Below, piece by piece: positions 8,337 to 19,121 of a stretch of DNA of 63,430 nt (its first letter is position 1; every line of letters starts with the position of its first letter). The position numbers and the translations under genes were made by a program. Source of the DNA: Campylobacteraceae bacterium (lineage in GTDB: Bacteria; Campylobacterota; Campylobacteria; Campylobacterales; Campylobacteraceae); contig JAISQB010000015.1 of the NCBI GenBank assembly GCA_031274495.1, positions 1 through 63,430 on the forward strand, given 5' to 3'. Below the pieces are notes generated by a model. The model was not told where the DNA came from, made no database searches, and saw only the letters and a list, made by a program, of their open reading frames with translations.

Positions 8337-10061
8337 TTAACAGACTAAATTGTCTTGAGATACTTTATGTGAACCCAGCTCATTGCCTTTTGTATCCATA
8401 ACGTGTACGGCACACGCGATGCACGGGTCGTATGAATGGATAACTCTTACTATCTCCAAAGGTTTTGACAAATCAGCTATCTTAAGACCTATCAAACACT
8501 CCTCGTATGGACCTCTGGCGCCTTTAGCGTCTTTTGGAGAGGCGTTCCAAGTCGAAGGAACGACAGCTTGATAGTTTTCAATAAGTCCGTTTTTAATCTT
8601 CACCCAGTGGCTCAAAGTACCTCTTGGGACGTGCCCTATATATCTGCCTTTATACTCTTTGTTTTTATCGATAACATAAGGAGCGCAAGTCTCTTGGTCT
8701 ACTTTGAGGTTATTTACCAAGTTGTTAAACGCTATAAGTCCGTTATCCGCGATAACTTTTGCCTCTATCATACGGGCAGCCGTTCGTCCCAGAGTTGAAA
8801 ATACTGCGCCAAGAGGCAGTCCCGTATCTTTCAAGAATTGGTCTACTACTTTTACGACTCTCTCGTTGCCTTTGGCGTAGTTTACTACTATATTTGCCAA
8901 AGGACCTACCTGCATAGGTCTGCTGTCATATCTTGGAGCTTTTATCCACGAATATTTGCCGTTCTCGTCGATAACTTTCGTATTCGCCAATTGAGCATCG
9001 CCGTTGATTGTCTTTTCGTCTTTGAAGCCTGTATATTTTGGATTGGTCTTGCCGTCATACGGATGCAAAGGCTCATTATCTTCATACCAAGCGCGCGTTG
9101 CCTCTTCGGTGATTTTGCTCTCGTCTACTTCGTGAACTTTGCTGATATCGCCGTCAAGTATGATACCGCTGTCAAATAGCCACTCGTTTGAGCTTATTTG
9201 AAACTCTTTGAATGTGAAAAGATTTGGCACACCCATATCGCCCGTTACACTTCTCTCACCCGCATACGCTTTGCCTGCCATAACAAGGTCAGGATAGTAA
9301 GCGCGGTTAACAAAATCGGCAATCTCTTGGAATTTCACTAAATACTCGCCAAGTCTTGATGGGCTAAGCAGATCCATAACGCAAGTAACGCCGCCGACTG
9401 TTAAGCTTTGCGGATGCGGCTGTTTTGAGCCGAAAATCGCCATCATTTGAGCTACGGTTCTTTGGATCTTCAAACACTCAAGATAGTGTGAGAGCGCGAT
9501 AAGATTTTGCTCAGGCGTCAAGTGGTAAGTTTTGTGTCCCCAGTAGGCGTTAGCGAATGGTCCAAGGTGTCCTTTGCCCGCAAACGCCGCTACTTTATCT
9601 TGAACGGCTTTCAGGTGGTCTGCGCCGGTCGCTAAAGGTGTGGCGGCGTATTTGAACGCTTCGTCACTCGCCTTTTTTGGGTCTGCGCTAAGGGCTGATA
9701 CGATATCCACCCAATCAAGTCCGTGAAGATTGTAAAAATGGACAGGGTGGTCGTGCAAAAACAGAGCCACATTCATAAGCGTTCTTGTAAGTACGGCATT
9801 CAAAGGAGGCGTAATGCCAAGAGCGTTCTCGACCGCCATAATGCCCGCTTTATAATGTGAAAATGTACATACGCCGCAAATTCTTTGTACGAAAAATCCG
9901 GCATCGCGAGGGTCTCTGCCTTTTAAAATCTGCTCAAGCCCTCTCCAAAGTGTAGCGGAGGAGTAAGCCTCTGTTACGACATTATTATCATCAACAACAA
10001 CCTCTACTCTAAGGTGTCCTTCTATTCTGGTGATAGGATCTACTACTATTCTTTTACTCAT
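8337..10061 (-). CDS. hydB: [NiFe] hydrogenase large subunit
   Basis: The N-terminal RIEGH...RICGVC motif and the C-terminal DPCIACAVH Ni-binding and processing motif are present. The residue is Cys, not Sec. Confidence 0.97.
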   Translation of the reverse strand: MSKRIVVDPITRIEGHLRVEVVVDDNNVVTEAYSSATLWRGLEQILKGRDPRDAGFFVQRICGVCTFSHYKAGIMAVENALGITPPLNAVLTRTLMNVALFLHDHPVHFYNLHGLDWVDIVSALSADPKKASDEAFKYAATPLATGADHLKAVQDKVAAFAGKGHLGPFANAYWGHKTYHLTPEQNLIALSHYLECLKIQRTVAQMMAIFGSKQPHPQSLTVGGVTCVMDLLSPSRLGEYLVKFQEIADFVNRAYYPDLVMAGKAYAGERSVTGDMGVPNLFTFKEFQISSNEWLFDSGIILDGDISKVHEVDESKITEEATRAWYEDNEPLHPYDGKTNPKYTGFKDEKTINGDAQLANTKVIDENGKYSWIKAPRYDSRPMQVGPLANIVVNYAKGNERVVKVVDQFLKDTGLPLGAVFSTLGRTAARMIEAKVIADNGLIAFNNLVNNLKVDQETCAPYVIDKNKEYKGRYIGHVPRGTLSHWVKIKNGLIENYQAVVPSTWNASPKDAKGARGPYEECLIGLKIADLSKPLEIVRVIHSYDPCIACAVHVMDTKGNELGSHKVSQDNLVC

Positions 10062-10071
10062 AACCTTACCC

Positions 10072-11211
10072 TTACTGTTTATCTTTTTTGATTGCGCCGA
10101 TAGCCGCGTGTGCCGCGATACCGACTGCTGTTACGGTCAAAAGCGCGATGCCGATTTTATCCGCCGTGCTGTCCGCACTGATTGAGCTGTAGAGCTTATC
10201 TGCGAGAGGCTCTTCAAATGTGCCCATATTGTCCCAAAAATCAGGCTCGCTGCATCCTATACAACCGTGTCCTGCTTGAACAGGCCAAGAGGTGTGTTGG
10301 TTAAATCTCTCGCGGGAGCAGTTGTTAAATGTATAAGGTCCTTTGCATCCGACCTTGTATAAACAGTAGCCTTTTTTAGCCCCTTCGTCGCCGAACTGTT
10401 GTACAAATTCGCCCGCGTCAAAACGACCGCGTCTTTCACAAAGGTCGTGAATCCTGATGCCGTATGCCCATTTTGGACGATTGTATGCGTCGAGTGCCGG
10501 AAGTGTGCCGAAAAGTATGTAGTGCAAAACATTGCCTACGATATTTTTCTCGCTCGGAGGGCAGCCCGGGACATTGATGACGGGTTTGTTTGTGATTTTA
10601 CTTAGCGGTTTTGCGTTGGTGGGGTTAGGATTTGCAGCTTGTACGCCGCCAAAACTTGAGCACGTGCCGATAGCAAATATCGCCGCTGCGCTTGCCGCTG
10701 CGTCTCTTGCGTGTTCGGCTCCTTTTTTTCCGTGAGGTCCTACAGTCAAATAAAACTCGCTGCTTCCGGCAGGTATACCGCCCTCAACCATAAGAATATA
10801 TTTGCCTTTATACTTTTTGATAGCGTCCTCTAAATTTTGCTCAGCCTGCCAACCGGCTGCTGCCATAATCGTTTCGTGATATTCAAGCGAAATGTGGTCG
10901 AATATCAGATTGTCAATCGTAGGCGCGTCCGTTCTCAGCAAGCTCTCGCTACAGCCGGTACACTCCGCCATATGCAGCCAAATCACCGGCAATCTGTCGG
11001 TAAGTTCCGCAGCTTGAGCCATTAACGGCGTAAAAGTCGCAGGTAGTGAAAACATAGCAGTCATCCCCGCAGCCCATTTCATAAAATCGCGTCTAGATAT
11101 GCCGTTCTCTTCTAAAAGAGCGCTTACGGGTTTCTCTTCTTTCACTTTTGGAAATTTAGCTAAAGTGTCAAGTCTTTGAGCTATTTTACCGTAGAGTTCT
11201 TGATGCTCCAT
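10072..11211 (-). CDS. hydA: [NiFe] hydrogenase small subunit, Tat-exported
   Basis: It has a twin-arginine signal (ISRRDFMKWAAG), the FeS-cluster Cys pattern (CTGCSES...GTCS...PGCPP...CIGC) and a C-terminal membrane anchor. Confidence 0.96.
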   Translation of the reverse strand: MEHQELYGKIAQRLDTLAKFPKVKEEKPVSALLEENGISRRDFMKWAAGMTAMFSLPATFTPLMAQAAELTDRLPVIWLHMAECTGCSESLLRTDAPTIDNLIFDHISLEYHETIMAAAGWQAEQNLEDAIKKYKGKYILMVEGGIPAGSSEFYLTVGPHGKKGAEHARDAAASAAAIFAIGTCSSFGGVQAANPNPTNAKPLSKITNKPVINVPGCPPSEKNIVGNVLHYILFGTLPALDAYNRPKWAYGIRIHDLCERRGRFDAGEFVQQFGDEGAKKGYCLYKVGCKGPYTFNNCSRERFNQHTSWPVQAGHGCIGCSEPDFWDNMGTFEEPLADKLYSSISADSTADKIGIALLTVTAVGIAAHAAIGAIKKDKQ

Positions 11212-11498
11212 TGTACTACTCCTAATTTTTTTGCTTCAAGAAGCTTGGTTTGTAATATTTTTTTATAATAATATATTATTCCGCAAGGGTGTACTAAAAG
11301 CTCTCATTTTGATACCCAAGGGTATACCGTATGTGTAAATGCGGAACATTTAAAAAGGACAATTTTTGTTCGACTAAGAAAAGATTTAGTAAAAAAGAGT
11401 TTACTAAAAAACTTTTAATTTTGTTGCTTTTTTATGACAGGAGCCTGCTCCTGCGGGCTATTCACTTTTAACAAAATTAAGTAAAATATAGTTTACTT

Positions 11499-12086
11499 TT
11501 ATGGCAAAATTCCCGCTTTTTTAAAATATTCGGCAATATTTTTCAAAGAAAGTTCTTTATCGTACATATAGAGTTCTTGCCAGGTTTTGCCCTTAAGTCC
11601 TTCGCGGTAAGTGAGATTGTCATTATTGACAAGTCTTAGATTAAAATCAAGCACAGCGCGCACCAAGATATAGTACTGAAAAATGGTCAAATTATCTATC
11701 AAAAGCATACTGCTCAGATAGCCGTTATGTGCGTCGTCGCCCTCTTTCCAAATGCGTTTGGCAAATTCGTGCTGAAACTCAACAGACTTTTGCGGATAGA
11801 GCAAAAACTCTTTAAAACCCCTCTTAAACTCCTGCTTTTTGGGAGTCTCTTCCGTACACGTAAGAAAAAGATAAGCACATATCAAAAAAAGCTCTTCAGG
11901 CAATATCGCCTTTGCGCGCAACTCCTTCTTCGTCTCCTCCTCAGCGTCAATCTGCTCCCTAAGATACTCTATATGATTCGCGCGCCAATTTTTTTCATCA
12001 CCCTTAGGCTGCTTTTGCCACTCAATGAGAGTGGGTCTTGGAATATTAAACCGCTCACAAAGAGGCTTGTAGCTAACTCGTTTCAT
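11499..12086 (-). CDS. Hypothetical protein with an N-terminal HTH-like segment
   Basis: The N-terminus (YKPLCERFNIPRPTLIEWQK) resembles small HTH DNA-binding modules. The rest is unrecognised. The gene sits in an AT-rich insert between hydA and ubiD. Confidence 0.5.
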   Translation of the reverse strand: MKRVSYKPLCERFNIPRPTLIEWQKQPKGDEKNWRANHIEYLREQIDAEEETKKELRAKAILPEELFLICAYLFLTCTEETPKKQEFKRGFKEFLLYPQKSVEFQHEFAKRIWKEGDDAHNGYLSSMLLIDNLTIFQYYILVRAVLDFNLRLVNNDNLTYREGLKGKTWQELYMYDKELSLKNIAEYFKKAGILP

Positions 12087-12357
12087 AGAGATTCCTTCGC
12101 TTAAAATTGAGCGAATTTTAGCAGATTTTAGTTAATATTGGTTTTTATTGTGATTTTTTGTTTTAACATTTATCTTTAAGCTTTTTGTTGGTTTTAATGT
12201 ATGGTTTTGGGTGGTTTTGGAAATGAGGTTATGATATGGAAAAACGATATTTTTTGGACATAAACGCTATGTACACATCGCTATAAATGAGCATTATATT
12301 GATGTATATATTTTAATAATATTTCCCACGAAAATGTTATCAACTGCGTGGCAATAA

Positions 12358-12873
12358 CTAAATATTTAGCTCGTTTTTTAATCTTTTAGCTTCTTTTTGA
12401 CATCCAAGATAGTTATTTTTTGTCGTCTTTTTTTCAATGTGTTGTAGCCCTTTAGGATTAATATACACATCATCCGATGTTTTTTTAACAAATTTTAGTT
12501 TATCGTTTTTATCAAGCGATGCAAATTGATTCTCAGCCGTTTGTTTTAAAGCATTAAATCTGTTATTTTTTGAAACATTTCCCTGTATTAAAATTGAGTT
12601 TAAAGATTCTAAATTAGCTAAAATCAGCAATTCATTAATACTTGTGGAATCCCTTATATTTTCTCCTACCAAATGTTTATCCATATTGGTATCTCTCCGC
12701 TCTTTAACACTGATTTTGTAACTATTCGTGCAGGACTGATTTCTAATTATGGCGAATTCGCCATAATTAAAATTTTCATTATTTAGACTTTTCCACGCTG
12801 CTAAAAATTCTAAAGTATTTGCATTCCTGAGCCAATCACTTACAAAAAAATCCCTATCTTTTATCTTAATCAT
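12358..12873 (-). CDS. KilA-N-family-like protein that appears to lack the central KilA-N core (internally deleted remnant)
   Basis: The N-terminal DWLRNANTLEFLAAWKSLNNENFNYGEF..YKISVKE and the C-terminal NIRDSTSINELLILANLESLNSILIQGNVSKNNRFNALKQTAENQFASL match the flanks of the widespread phage/ICE-associated KilA-N proteins. The expected ...GRYGGTYAH.DIA.EF..W.S.EFK... core is absent. Confidence 0.5.
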   Translation of the reverse strand: MIKIKDRDFFVSDWLRNANTLEFLAAWKSLNNENFNYGEFAIIRNQSCTNSYKISVKERRDTNMDKHLVGENIRDSTSINELLILANLESLNSILIQGNVSKNNRFNALKQTAENQFASLDKNDKLKFVKKTSDDVYINPKGLQHIEKKTTKNNYLGCQKEAKRLKNELNI

Positions 12874-12963
12874 ATCTGTTAAACAAATATAATTGTCTCA
12901 TAGTTTTCCGTCAAGAATTACAACCATTTTAACCGCACTTATCGTTACTTTTTCTCAACACCC

Positions 12964-14778
12964 TCACACCCAAAATTTCTTCAAAAACTCATCATCAACA
13001 TCTATAAGTCCGCGTTTTTTTAGACTGTCTAATACATTTTTGTCGCAGTTTACTACGTGGGGCCATTCTCGGGTGTAGTCGTCGGCTTTGCCTTTGATGG
13101 TGGCGTCTATGCCGAAGAATTCATCTTCTATGAATATATCGCGCTTGGCGTCTATGTTGTTTACCACTTTCCAGATGAGCATATAGAGATTTTCTATGTC
13201 GTCGCTTTCGGCGTCTACGAAGATGAGTAGTTTTGTGTAGCGTTTAGCGGGGCGCAGGAGTCTGAACGCTTCGCGCATAAGGCGCTCTTTTTTTATGGCT
13301 ACAAATGTGAGCGGCGTTTTTGTGTCGGTCATAAATTGTCTGACATCTTTTATCTCGCGGCAAAGGAGTGACATTTTGTCTAAAAGTTCGGCGTCGGAGA
13401 TAATCTCTTTTTGCTCACACTCCACTTCAGCACCTGTGCAGTCAAGACCCAATTTACCACCATAACAAGCGTTGGGTGAAGCGTGATCGAGCGCGTCGCA
13501 GATACCCTCGCTGATGATGATATTATCTTTACTTATCCTGTTTAATATAAAGCGGCTTATCGCGTGATAATCGCTAAGATCGGGCGCCTCTTCCCCCACA
13601 AATACCGCGTGCTTCACAAAGCTCATCTGCCCCACGCCCCAAAACGCGTGCATAAATTGCTTCGCGTGACCAAAATAGCGCGTCTTCATCTTCGCCAAAA
13701 TGAGATTGTGAAAGACGCCGTTTTCGGGCATATTGTAGTCTATGAGTTCGGGTGTTGTAGTCCTTAAAAGCGGCAAAAATATCTTACCCGTCGCGTCGCC
13801 GAAATACTTATCTTCGATAGGTGGTTTTCCCACAACGGTAGCGTGATAGATAGGCTCCAATTTACTCGTGATACAAGCAACCTCCATCACCGGATAAAGT
13901 TCTTGCGGCGTGTAGTAGCCGGTGTGGTCGCCAAATGGACCTTCAGGTGCCAGCTGTTGCGGGTCTATCCACCCCTCCAGAACAAAATCAGAGTCATCGG
14001 GAACATATATCGGATTGGTCAAGGATTTGACAAGTTTGGCGTTTTTGCCGCGTATGAAGCCGTATAGCAGAAGCTCGAAAAACCCGTACGGCATCGGCGC
14101 TTGTCCGCACCAGATATAGAGCGGGTCGCCGCCTATGGCTATGGAGATGGGCATCTTTTGGTTTGCTTTTTTGTAGTCGTTGAAAAAGTGCATACCGTCT
14201 TTATGTATCTGCCAGTGGACTCCGAGGTGGTTTTTATCGTGCACTTGCAGGCGGTACATTCCCACATTGCGCATAGTGCCGTCAAGACTTTGCGTGTAAG
14301 CCTGCCCCATCGTGATAAAGGCACCACCATCTTCGGGCCAAGTCGTCAAAATCGGGATATTGAAAAGGTTGACTTTATTGTCCTTTTTTACGAACTCTTG
14401 GCATAAGCCTTTACCTTTTATATTTTTGGGCGGGATATTTTTAAAAGATAGGAGCCTGTTTAAAAATTCGGCTTTGCCTTTTAGCCCCGCCTGTACGCGC
14501 AGTTTCATTATCTCTTCTATCTCTTGCGATATGGCACTCGGGTCTTTGCCGAATATAAGATTTGCTGCCTTCTGCGAGCCGAAAATATTCATCAGCACGG
14601 GGATATTGAACTCTTTATTTAATTTATTGCTCACGGGATTTAAGAAGAGCAGCGCTTTGGAGTCGGGCTTTTTGACCTCCAAAAAAGCTATATGCCCCAT
14701 CTCAAGGTCTATGTCTACTTTCTCGTCTATTATCTTTAAAATATCGTGCTTTTTAAGCATCTCTATAATATTTTCCAT
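12964..14778 (-). CDS. ubiD: UbiD-family prenyl-FMN-dependent decarboxylase (menaquinone biosynthesis decarboxylase type)
   Basis: It is 604 aa with UbiD-like blocks (GGAFITMG, NVGMYRLQV, GGDP, PFGDHTGYY). Confidence 0.88.
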   Translation of the reverse strand: MENIIEMLKKHDILKIIDEKVDIDLEMGHIAFLEVKKPDSKALLFLNPVSNKLNKEFNIPVLMNIFGSQKAANLIFGKDPSAISQEIEEIMKLRVQAGLKGKAEFLNRLLSFKNIPPKNIKGKGLCQEFVKKDNKVNLFNIPILTTWPEDGGAFITMGQAYTQSLDGTMRNVGMYRLQVHDKNHLGVHWQIHKDGMHFFNDYKKANQKMPISIAIGGDPLYIWCGQAPMPYGFFELLLYGFIRGKNAKLVKSLTNPIYVPDDSDFVLEGWIDPQQLAPEGPFGDHTGYYTPQELYPVMEVACITSKLEPIYHATVVGKPPIEDKYFGDATGKIFLPLLRTTTPELIDYNMPENGVFHNLILAKMKTRYFGHAKQFMHAFWGVGQMSFVKHAVFVGEEAPDLSDYHAISRFILNRISKDNIIISEGICDALDHASPNACYGGKLGLDCTGAEVECEQKEIISDAELLDKMSLLCREIKDVRQFMTDTKTPLTFVAIKKERLMREAFRLLRPAKRYTKLLIFVDAESDDIENLYMLIWKVVNNIDAKRDIFIEDEFFGIDATIKGKADDYTREWPHVVNCDKNVLDSLKKRGLIDVDDEFLKKFWV

Positions 14779-14789
14779 CTGCTCTCCTT

Positions 14790-15737
14790 TTAGGTAAAAA
14801 TCGTATCAAGAGCCATCTTTTCGGCCCTTTGTAAAACCCCTTTTGCCCCTTTTCGGATTATCATATCGGCTAGTTTTGAGCCTGCCGTTTTATACTCGTC
14901 CCTTTTAGTCTCAAGCTTCACATACAAAAGCTCTCTGCCGTCAGGCAGCCCCACTACGCCCTCTATCTTTAAAGTGTCACCGTCAAGTTTAGCATTCACG
15001 CCTATAGGCACCTGACAGCCGCCCTCCAATAGCTTTACAAAATCCCTCTCCGCGCTCGTTTCAATTATCGCATTTTCATCATTTAAAAACTCTATCATTG
15101 CTTGTATCTGCGGCTTGTCGGCTATCTCTATTCCCAAAGCCGCCTGCCCCATAGCGGGTATCATAAACTCCGTATTTATGGGCGAAAAATATCTGATTTC
15201 ATTCTGAAGTCCAAGTCTTTTAACGCCCGCCGTTGCTAAGATGATAGCATCAAATTCGCCGTTTTTTAGCTTTTCGATTCTTGTATTTATATTGCCGCGC
15301 AGATTTTTTATCATAAGGTCTGGTCTGGCACTTAGCAGCTGCATCCTGCGCCTCAAACTTGTTGTACCCACAACAGCGCCCTTGGGCAATGCCTCTATAC
15401 TATCATATTTTTGCGACAACATAGCGTCGCGTACATCCTCTCTTTTTGTTATCGCGCCAAGCTTTAAGCCATTGGGAAAAACCACCGGCACATCTTTTAA
15501 ACTATGCACCGCGATATGCGCCTCGCCTCTTAACATCGCATCTTCCAACTCTTTGGTAAAAAGCCCCTTGCCGCCGATTTTTGCCAAAGGGGTATCTAAT
15601 ATCTTATCGCCTTTGGTCTTCATAATATTTAATTTGACGCTGATGTCGGGGTATTTTTCTTCTAATTTTGCTTTTATATATTCCGACTGCCAAAGAGCCA
15701 ATTTACTACCGCGTGTGGCTATTATCAATTCCCTCAT
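14790..15737 (-). CDS. hemC: Hydroxymethylbilane synthase (porphobilinogen deaminase)
   Basis: The sequence has [12 protein letters not shown], the TSLRRR motif and the C-terminal dipyrromethane Cys (GGCQVPIG). Confidence 0.96.
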   Translation of the reverse strand: MRELIIATRGSKLALWQSEYIKAKLEEKYPDISVKLNIMKTKGDKILDTPLAKIGGKGLFTKELEDAMLRGEAHIAVHSLKDVPVVFPNGLKLGAITKREDVRDAMLSQKYDSIEALPKGAVVGTTSLRRRMQLLSARPDLMIKNLRGNINTRIEKLKNGEFDAIILATAGVKRLGLQNEIRYFSPINTEFMIPAMGQAALGIEIADKPQIQAMIEFLNDENAIIETSAERDFVKLLEGGCQVPIGVNAKLDGDTLKIEGVVGLPDGRELLYVKLETKRDEYKTAGSKLADMIIRKGAKGVLQRAEKMALDTIFT

Positions 15738-16123
15738 TTATTATCCTCTATGATTTCAACATCTATCACATCATCGCTATCGTGCTTTTTGTGGACTATC
15801 TTATCGCCTACAAGCAAAATCGTAGACCAAATCAACAAAAGCACCGCCGTAGTATCGCCGAAAAATCCGGGCATCACAAGTAGGAACGAAGCAAATATCC
15901 TGATAGTAGCCGCGAGCGATAAAGCGCCCAAGGAGAGCCTATTTTGCGTGATCTTCTCGAAACTCTCCTTCATCGTAAAAGGGGTATTGAAAAGTATCAC
16001 AAGCCCCACGACGGCGCTCAAAAGTATCTCCGCAAATGTATAAAACACCCCTATGGCTGACGCGATAGGAAGCGTTATGGCTATCTCCACGAAAAGATAG
16101 AGTAAAAACAGAACCGTTTTCAT
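15734..16123 (-). CDS. fxsA: FxsA-family membrane protein
   Basis: It is a 129-aa membrane protein with the FxsA-like N-terminus (LYLFVEIAI...AIG...T..E). It overlaps both neighbours by 4 nt. Confidence 0.7.
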   Translation of the reverse strand: MKTVLFLLYLFVEIAITLPIASAIGVFYTFAEILLSAVVGLVILFNTPFTMKESFEKITQNRLSLGALSLAATIRIFASFLLVMPGFFGDTTAVLLLIWSTILLVGDKIVHKKHDSDDVIDVEIIEDNK

Positions 16124-17823
16124 CCGAAAATCTCTTTTAATCTGTCGTCAAGCTCATAAATACTTACGCTCTCTTTTTCCAAAGTGGCGCGATTTACTAG
16201 TTCCACTTTGCCCTCGTCGAACTCTATGCCCACCATCAGCGCGTAGGGAAATCCGATAAGTTCACAGACATTCATCTTGAAGCCAAAACGCTCATTTCTA
16301 TCGTCTAATATGACCTCTTTTTTTTGCGCTTTTAACTCTTCGTAGAGCTTTGTGGCAAACTCCGATTGAGCCTCATTTTTTACATTTGAGATGATGATAT
16401 CCAGTAGATATGGCGCAGTCTGTTTATTCCAGATACACCCTTTATCATCGTGATTTGCCTCGATCATAACGGCGACCAGACGACTCACGCCGATACCGTA
16501 GCAACCCATAAAAAACGGTTGAGATTTGCCGTTTTGGTCTAAAAACGCAGCGTTCATAGCGGATGAGTATTTTTGTCCCAGTTGAAATATATGCCCCACC
16601 TCTATACCTTTTGTAAGCGAAAGTCTGCCCCCACAGCAAGGACACAAATCGCCCTCTTTTACCTCAACCAAATCAGCATATCTCTCCGGCTTAAAATTAA
16701 ACATAGAGACACCCACATAGTGGTAATCTTGCTCATTCGCGCCGCAGATTAGATTTTTCTCCTCTTTTAACTCGTTGTCTATAAAAAATTTGACATTTTC
16801 CAGCCCTATAGGACCGCAAAATCCGCCGACTAAGCCTGCGTTTTTTACATCTTCGTCGTTCGCCTCTACAAGCTCCAAAGCCCCCGAGGCATTTTGCGCT
16901 TTTACCTCTTGCAAGCTGTCGCAACCGCGCACGAAAAAGACGATTATCTCGCTTCTATCTTTATAGATAGCCTTTTTTATCACCGCTTTTACTGTGTAAA
17001 ACGCATCAATATTAAAAAATTTGCAAAGGTTTTCAATGGACGCGGGTATTGGCGTGTGAAATTTGGCAAAATCAGCTTTGGGAGGCTCCACAGCAGCTAT
17101 TTTTTTCTCTCTCTTTGCCGCTTCTATATTTGCAGCGTATAGGCATTTGTCGCATATCAATATATCATCTTCGCCGTTTTTAGCCAAGACCATAAACTCT
17201 TTACTGCCGCTTCCCCCTATCGCTCCACTATCGGCAGCAACCGCGCGAAATTTTAGTCCAAGCCGCGTAAAGATTTTCGTATATGTCTGCTCCATAAGGT
17301 CAAATTCGCGCTTCAAATCCTCCGTAGATGCGTGAAAACTATACCCATCTTTCATAATAAATTCGCGCCCTCTTAAAAGTCCGAATCTGGGACGCGCCTC
17401 ATCTCTAAACTTCGTGTTGATTTGGTAGAGGTGCAAAGGCAGCTGTTTGTAGCTGTTGATTCTATTGCGCACGATATCCGTGACGACCTCTTCGTGGGTG
17501 GGTCCTAAGACAAATTCATTCTCTTTTCTATCTTTAAAACGCAAAAGCTCTTTGCCGTAGACATCGTATCTGCCGCTTTGCTGCCAAAGTTCGGCGGGAT
17601 TTACGACCCCCATACTTATCTCTTGCGCGCCGGCTTCGTCCATCTCCTCTTTTACGACCGCCCTTATCTTATCAAGCACTATCTTGCCGAGCGGCAAAAA
17701 GTTGTAAAGCCCGCTTCCCGTTTGGCTGATAAAGCCCCCTCTTATGAGGAAAATATGGCTTGGCAGTAGGGCGTCTTTAGGCGCGTCTTTTGTTGTGGGT
17801 GTAAAAAGCTTGGAAAACCTCAT
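16120..17823 (-). CDS. proS: Prolyl-tRNA synthetase
   Basis: It has class II aaRS motifs (FRDE.RPR, GGSGS.EF) with a bacterial-type editing insertion, and is 567 aa. Confidence 0.96.
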   Translation of the reverse strand: MRFSKLFTPTTKDAPKDALLPSHIFLIRGGFISQTGSGLYNFLPLGKIVLDKIRAVVKEEMDEAGAQEISMGVVNPAELWQQSGRYDVYGKELLRFKDRKENEFVLGPTHEEVVTDIVRNRINSYKQLPLHLYQINTKFRDEARPRFGLLRGREFIMKDGYSFHASTEDLKREFDLMEQTYTKIFTRLGLKFRAVAADSGAIGGSGSKEFMVLAKNGEDDILICDKCLYAANIEAAKREKKIAAVEPPKADFAKFHTPIPASIENLCKFFNIDAFYTVKAVIKKAIYKDRSEIIVFFVRGCDSLQEVKAQNASGALELVEANDEDVKNAGLVGGFCGPIGLENVKFFIDNELKEEKNLICGANEQDYHYVGVSMFNFKPERYADLVEVKEGDLCPCCGGRLSLTKGIEVGHIFQLGQKYSSAMNAAFLDQNGKSQPFFMGCYGIGVSRLVAVMIEANHDDKGCIWNKQTAPYLLDIIISNVKNEAQSEFATKLYEELKAQKKEVILDDRNERFGFKMNVCELIGFPYALMVGIEFDEGKVELVNRATLEKESVSIYELDDRLKEIFG

Positions 17824-19121
17824 TCATCTCTCTCCGAATTTTCAAATTTAGTTGCGGGTGGCTCTTTTAACTCTTCATCTTTGATATCAAAAAAGTATTG
17901 GAGCGACTGTACGATTTTATCGGACTCCGCGAGCTCTAATACATTTTTTAGATTTATCGTTGGTTTGTGCAAAAACGCGTTGAAGGATTGGTGTACTATC
18001 TTCTCCACGCTCTGCCTCATCTCGTGGCTTATGTAGCCCTTTTTTATAGCTTTTTCTATCTCATTTAACGCGCTAAGCTTCGCTTGGTCTCTAATCTCTT
18101 TGATGATAGGGTCGACCGATAGCGCTTGAAGCCACTTGAAAAAATCAGTAGTCATCTGCCCCACTATAGAGTAGGCGACTTTGGCTTGCTCTTCGCGGAG
18201 GGCTAAGTTTTTCGCGACTATCTCTTCTAAGTCATCCACAGCGTAGATATGCACATTTTCAAAACGGCAAGGCTCTATGTCACGCGGGACGGCTATGTCA
18301 AACCAATACCGCTCGAATACTCTGGATTCTACTATATCATTTGTGATAATCGCGTGCGGCGCTCCAGTCGCACTAAAGACTAAGGGGTATTTGTTGATGG
18401 CTTCGCGCAAGTTTGAAAATGGCTGCGCGGAGCTATTTTTGCCAAGTTTTTTGGCTAAAGATAGGGCGTTTTCGTAGCTTCTGTTTATAATTATCACATT
18501 GGCGTTTGAGGATAAAAGGTGCTTCGCGGCAAGTTCGCTCATCTCCCCTGCCCCCACAACGACGGCATTTACCCCATCAAGAGTTTTCAGTAAATCTTTG
18601 GCTTTTGTGACCGCTACGGATGAAACCGAAACGGGATTTTTAGATATATCGGTGCTGCTTCTAACGGACGCCGCACATTTGAAGCACTGCTGCATAGCGC
18701 GTCTTAATTTTGGTCCGCAAAAGCCGTTTTGAAGCGAAAAATTAAAAGCCGCTTTCATCTGCCCCACTATCTGCGTTTCGCCCACGACAAGGCTATCAAG
18801 CGAGGAGCAGACGGCAAATAGATGGTGTATCGCGCCCGTATTATCGTACACATCGGCTCTGTTTTCAAGCTCCTCTTTGCTTATGCCTGAGATATGCGAC
18901 AGTGCACGCATTATAAACGACAAGCTCTCTTTGCACTCTTTGACGCTTGTTATCACCTCCATACGGTTACACGTGGAGAGTATCACCGCTTCATTTACGC
19001 TCTCGTGGCTTACTATCATTCTAAGCGCGCCGGTTAGTTTGTCGGTGGAACCAAAAGATAGTTTTTCTCTTGTTTTTATGTCGGTATTTTTATGCGTAAA
19101 ACTAAGCGTCATATACTGCAT
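17820..19121 (-). CDS. hemA: Glutamyl-tRNA reductase
   Basis: The catalytic Cys context is [10 protein letters not shown] and the NADPH-binding motif is VVGAGEMS. The gene lies in the hemC-proS-hemA synteny. Confidence 0.95.
   Translation of the reverse strand: MQYMTLSFTHKNTDIKTREKLSFGSTDKLTGALRMIVSHESVNEAVILSTCNRMEVITSVKECKESLSFIMRALSHISGISKEELENRADVYDNTGAIHHLFAVCSSLDSLVVGETQIVGQMKAAFNFSLQNGFCGPKLRRAMQQCFKCAASVRSSTDISKNPVSVSSVAVTKAKDLLKTLDGVNAVVVGAGEMSELAAKHLLSSNANVIIINRSYENALSLAKKLGKNSSAQPFSNLREAINKYPLVFSATGAPHAIITNDIVESRVFERYWFDIAVPRDIEPCRFENVHIYAVDDLEEIVAKNLALREEQAKVAYSIVGQMTTDFFKWLQALSVDPIIKEIRDQAKLSALNEIEKAIKKGYISHEMRQSVEKIVHQSFNAFLHKPTINLKNVLELAESDKIVQSLQYFFDIKDEELKEPPATKFENSERDE

Noticed and set aside
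8337-10061. A check for a selenocysteine-containing [NiFeSe] large subunit (in-frame TGA near the C-terminus)
   Set aside because: The C-terminal motif reads DPCIACAVH with Cys codons and there is no in-frame TGA, so this is an ordinary [NiFe] enzyme.
11267-11280. AATAATATATTATT palindrome upstream of hydA, made of the two half-site words of the H. pylori NikR consensus (TATWATT-N11-AATWATA)
   Set aside because: The half-sites are in the wrong order with no N11 spacer. The sequence coincides with the AT-rich -10 region, so it is most likely a promoter element or chance.
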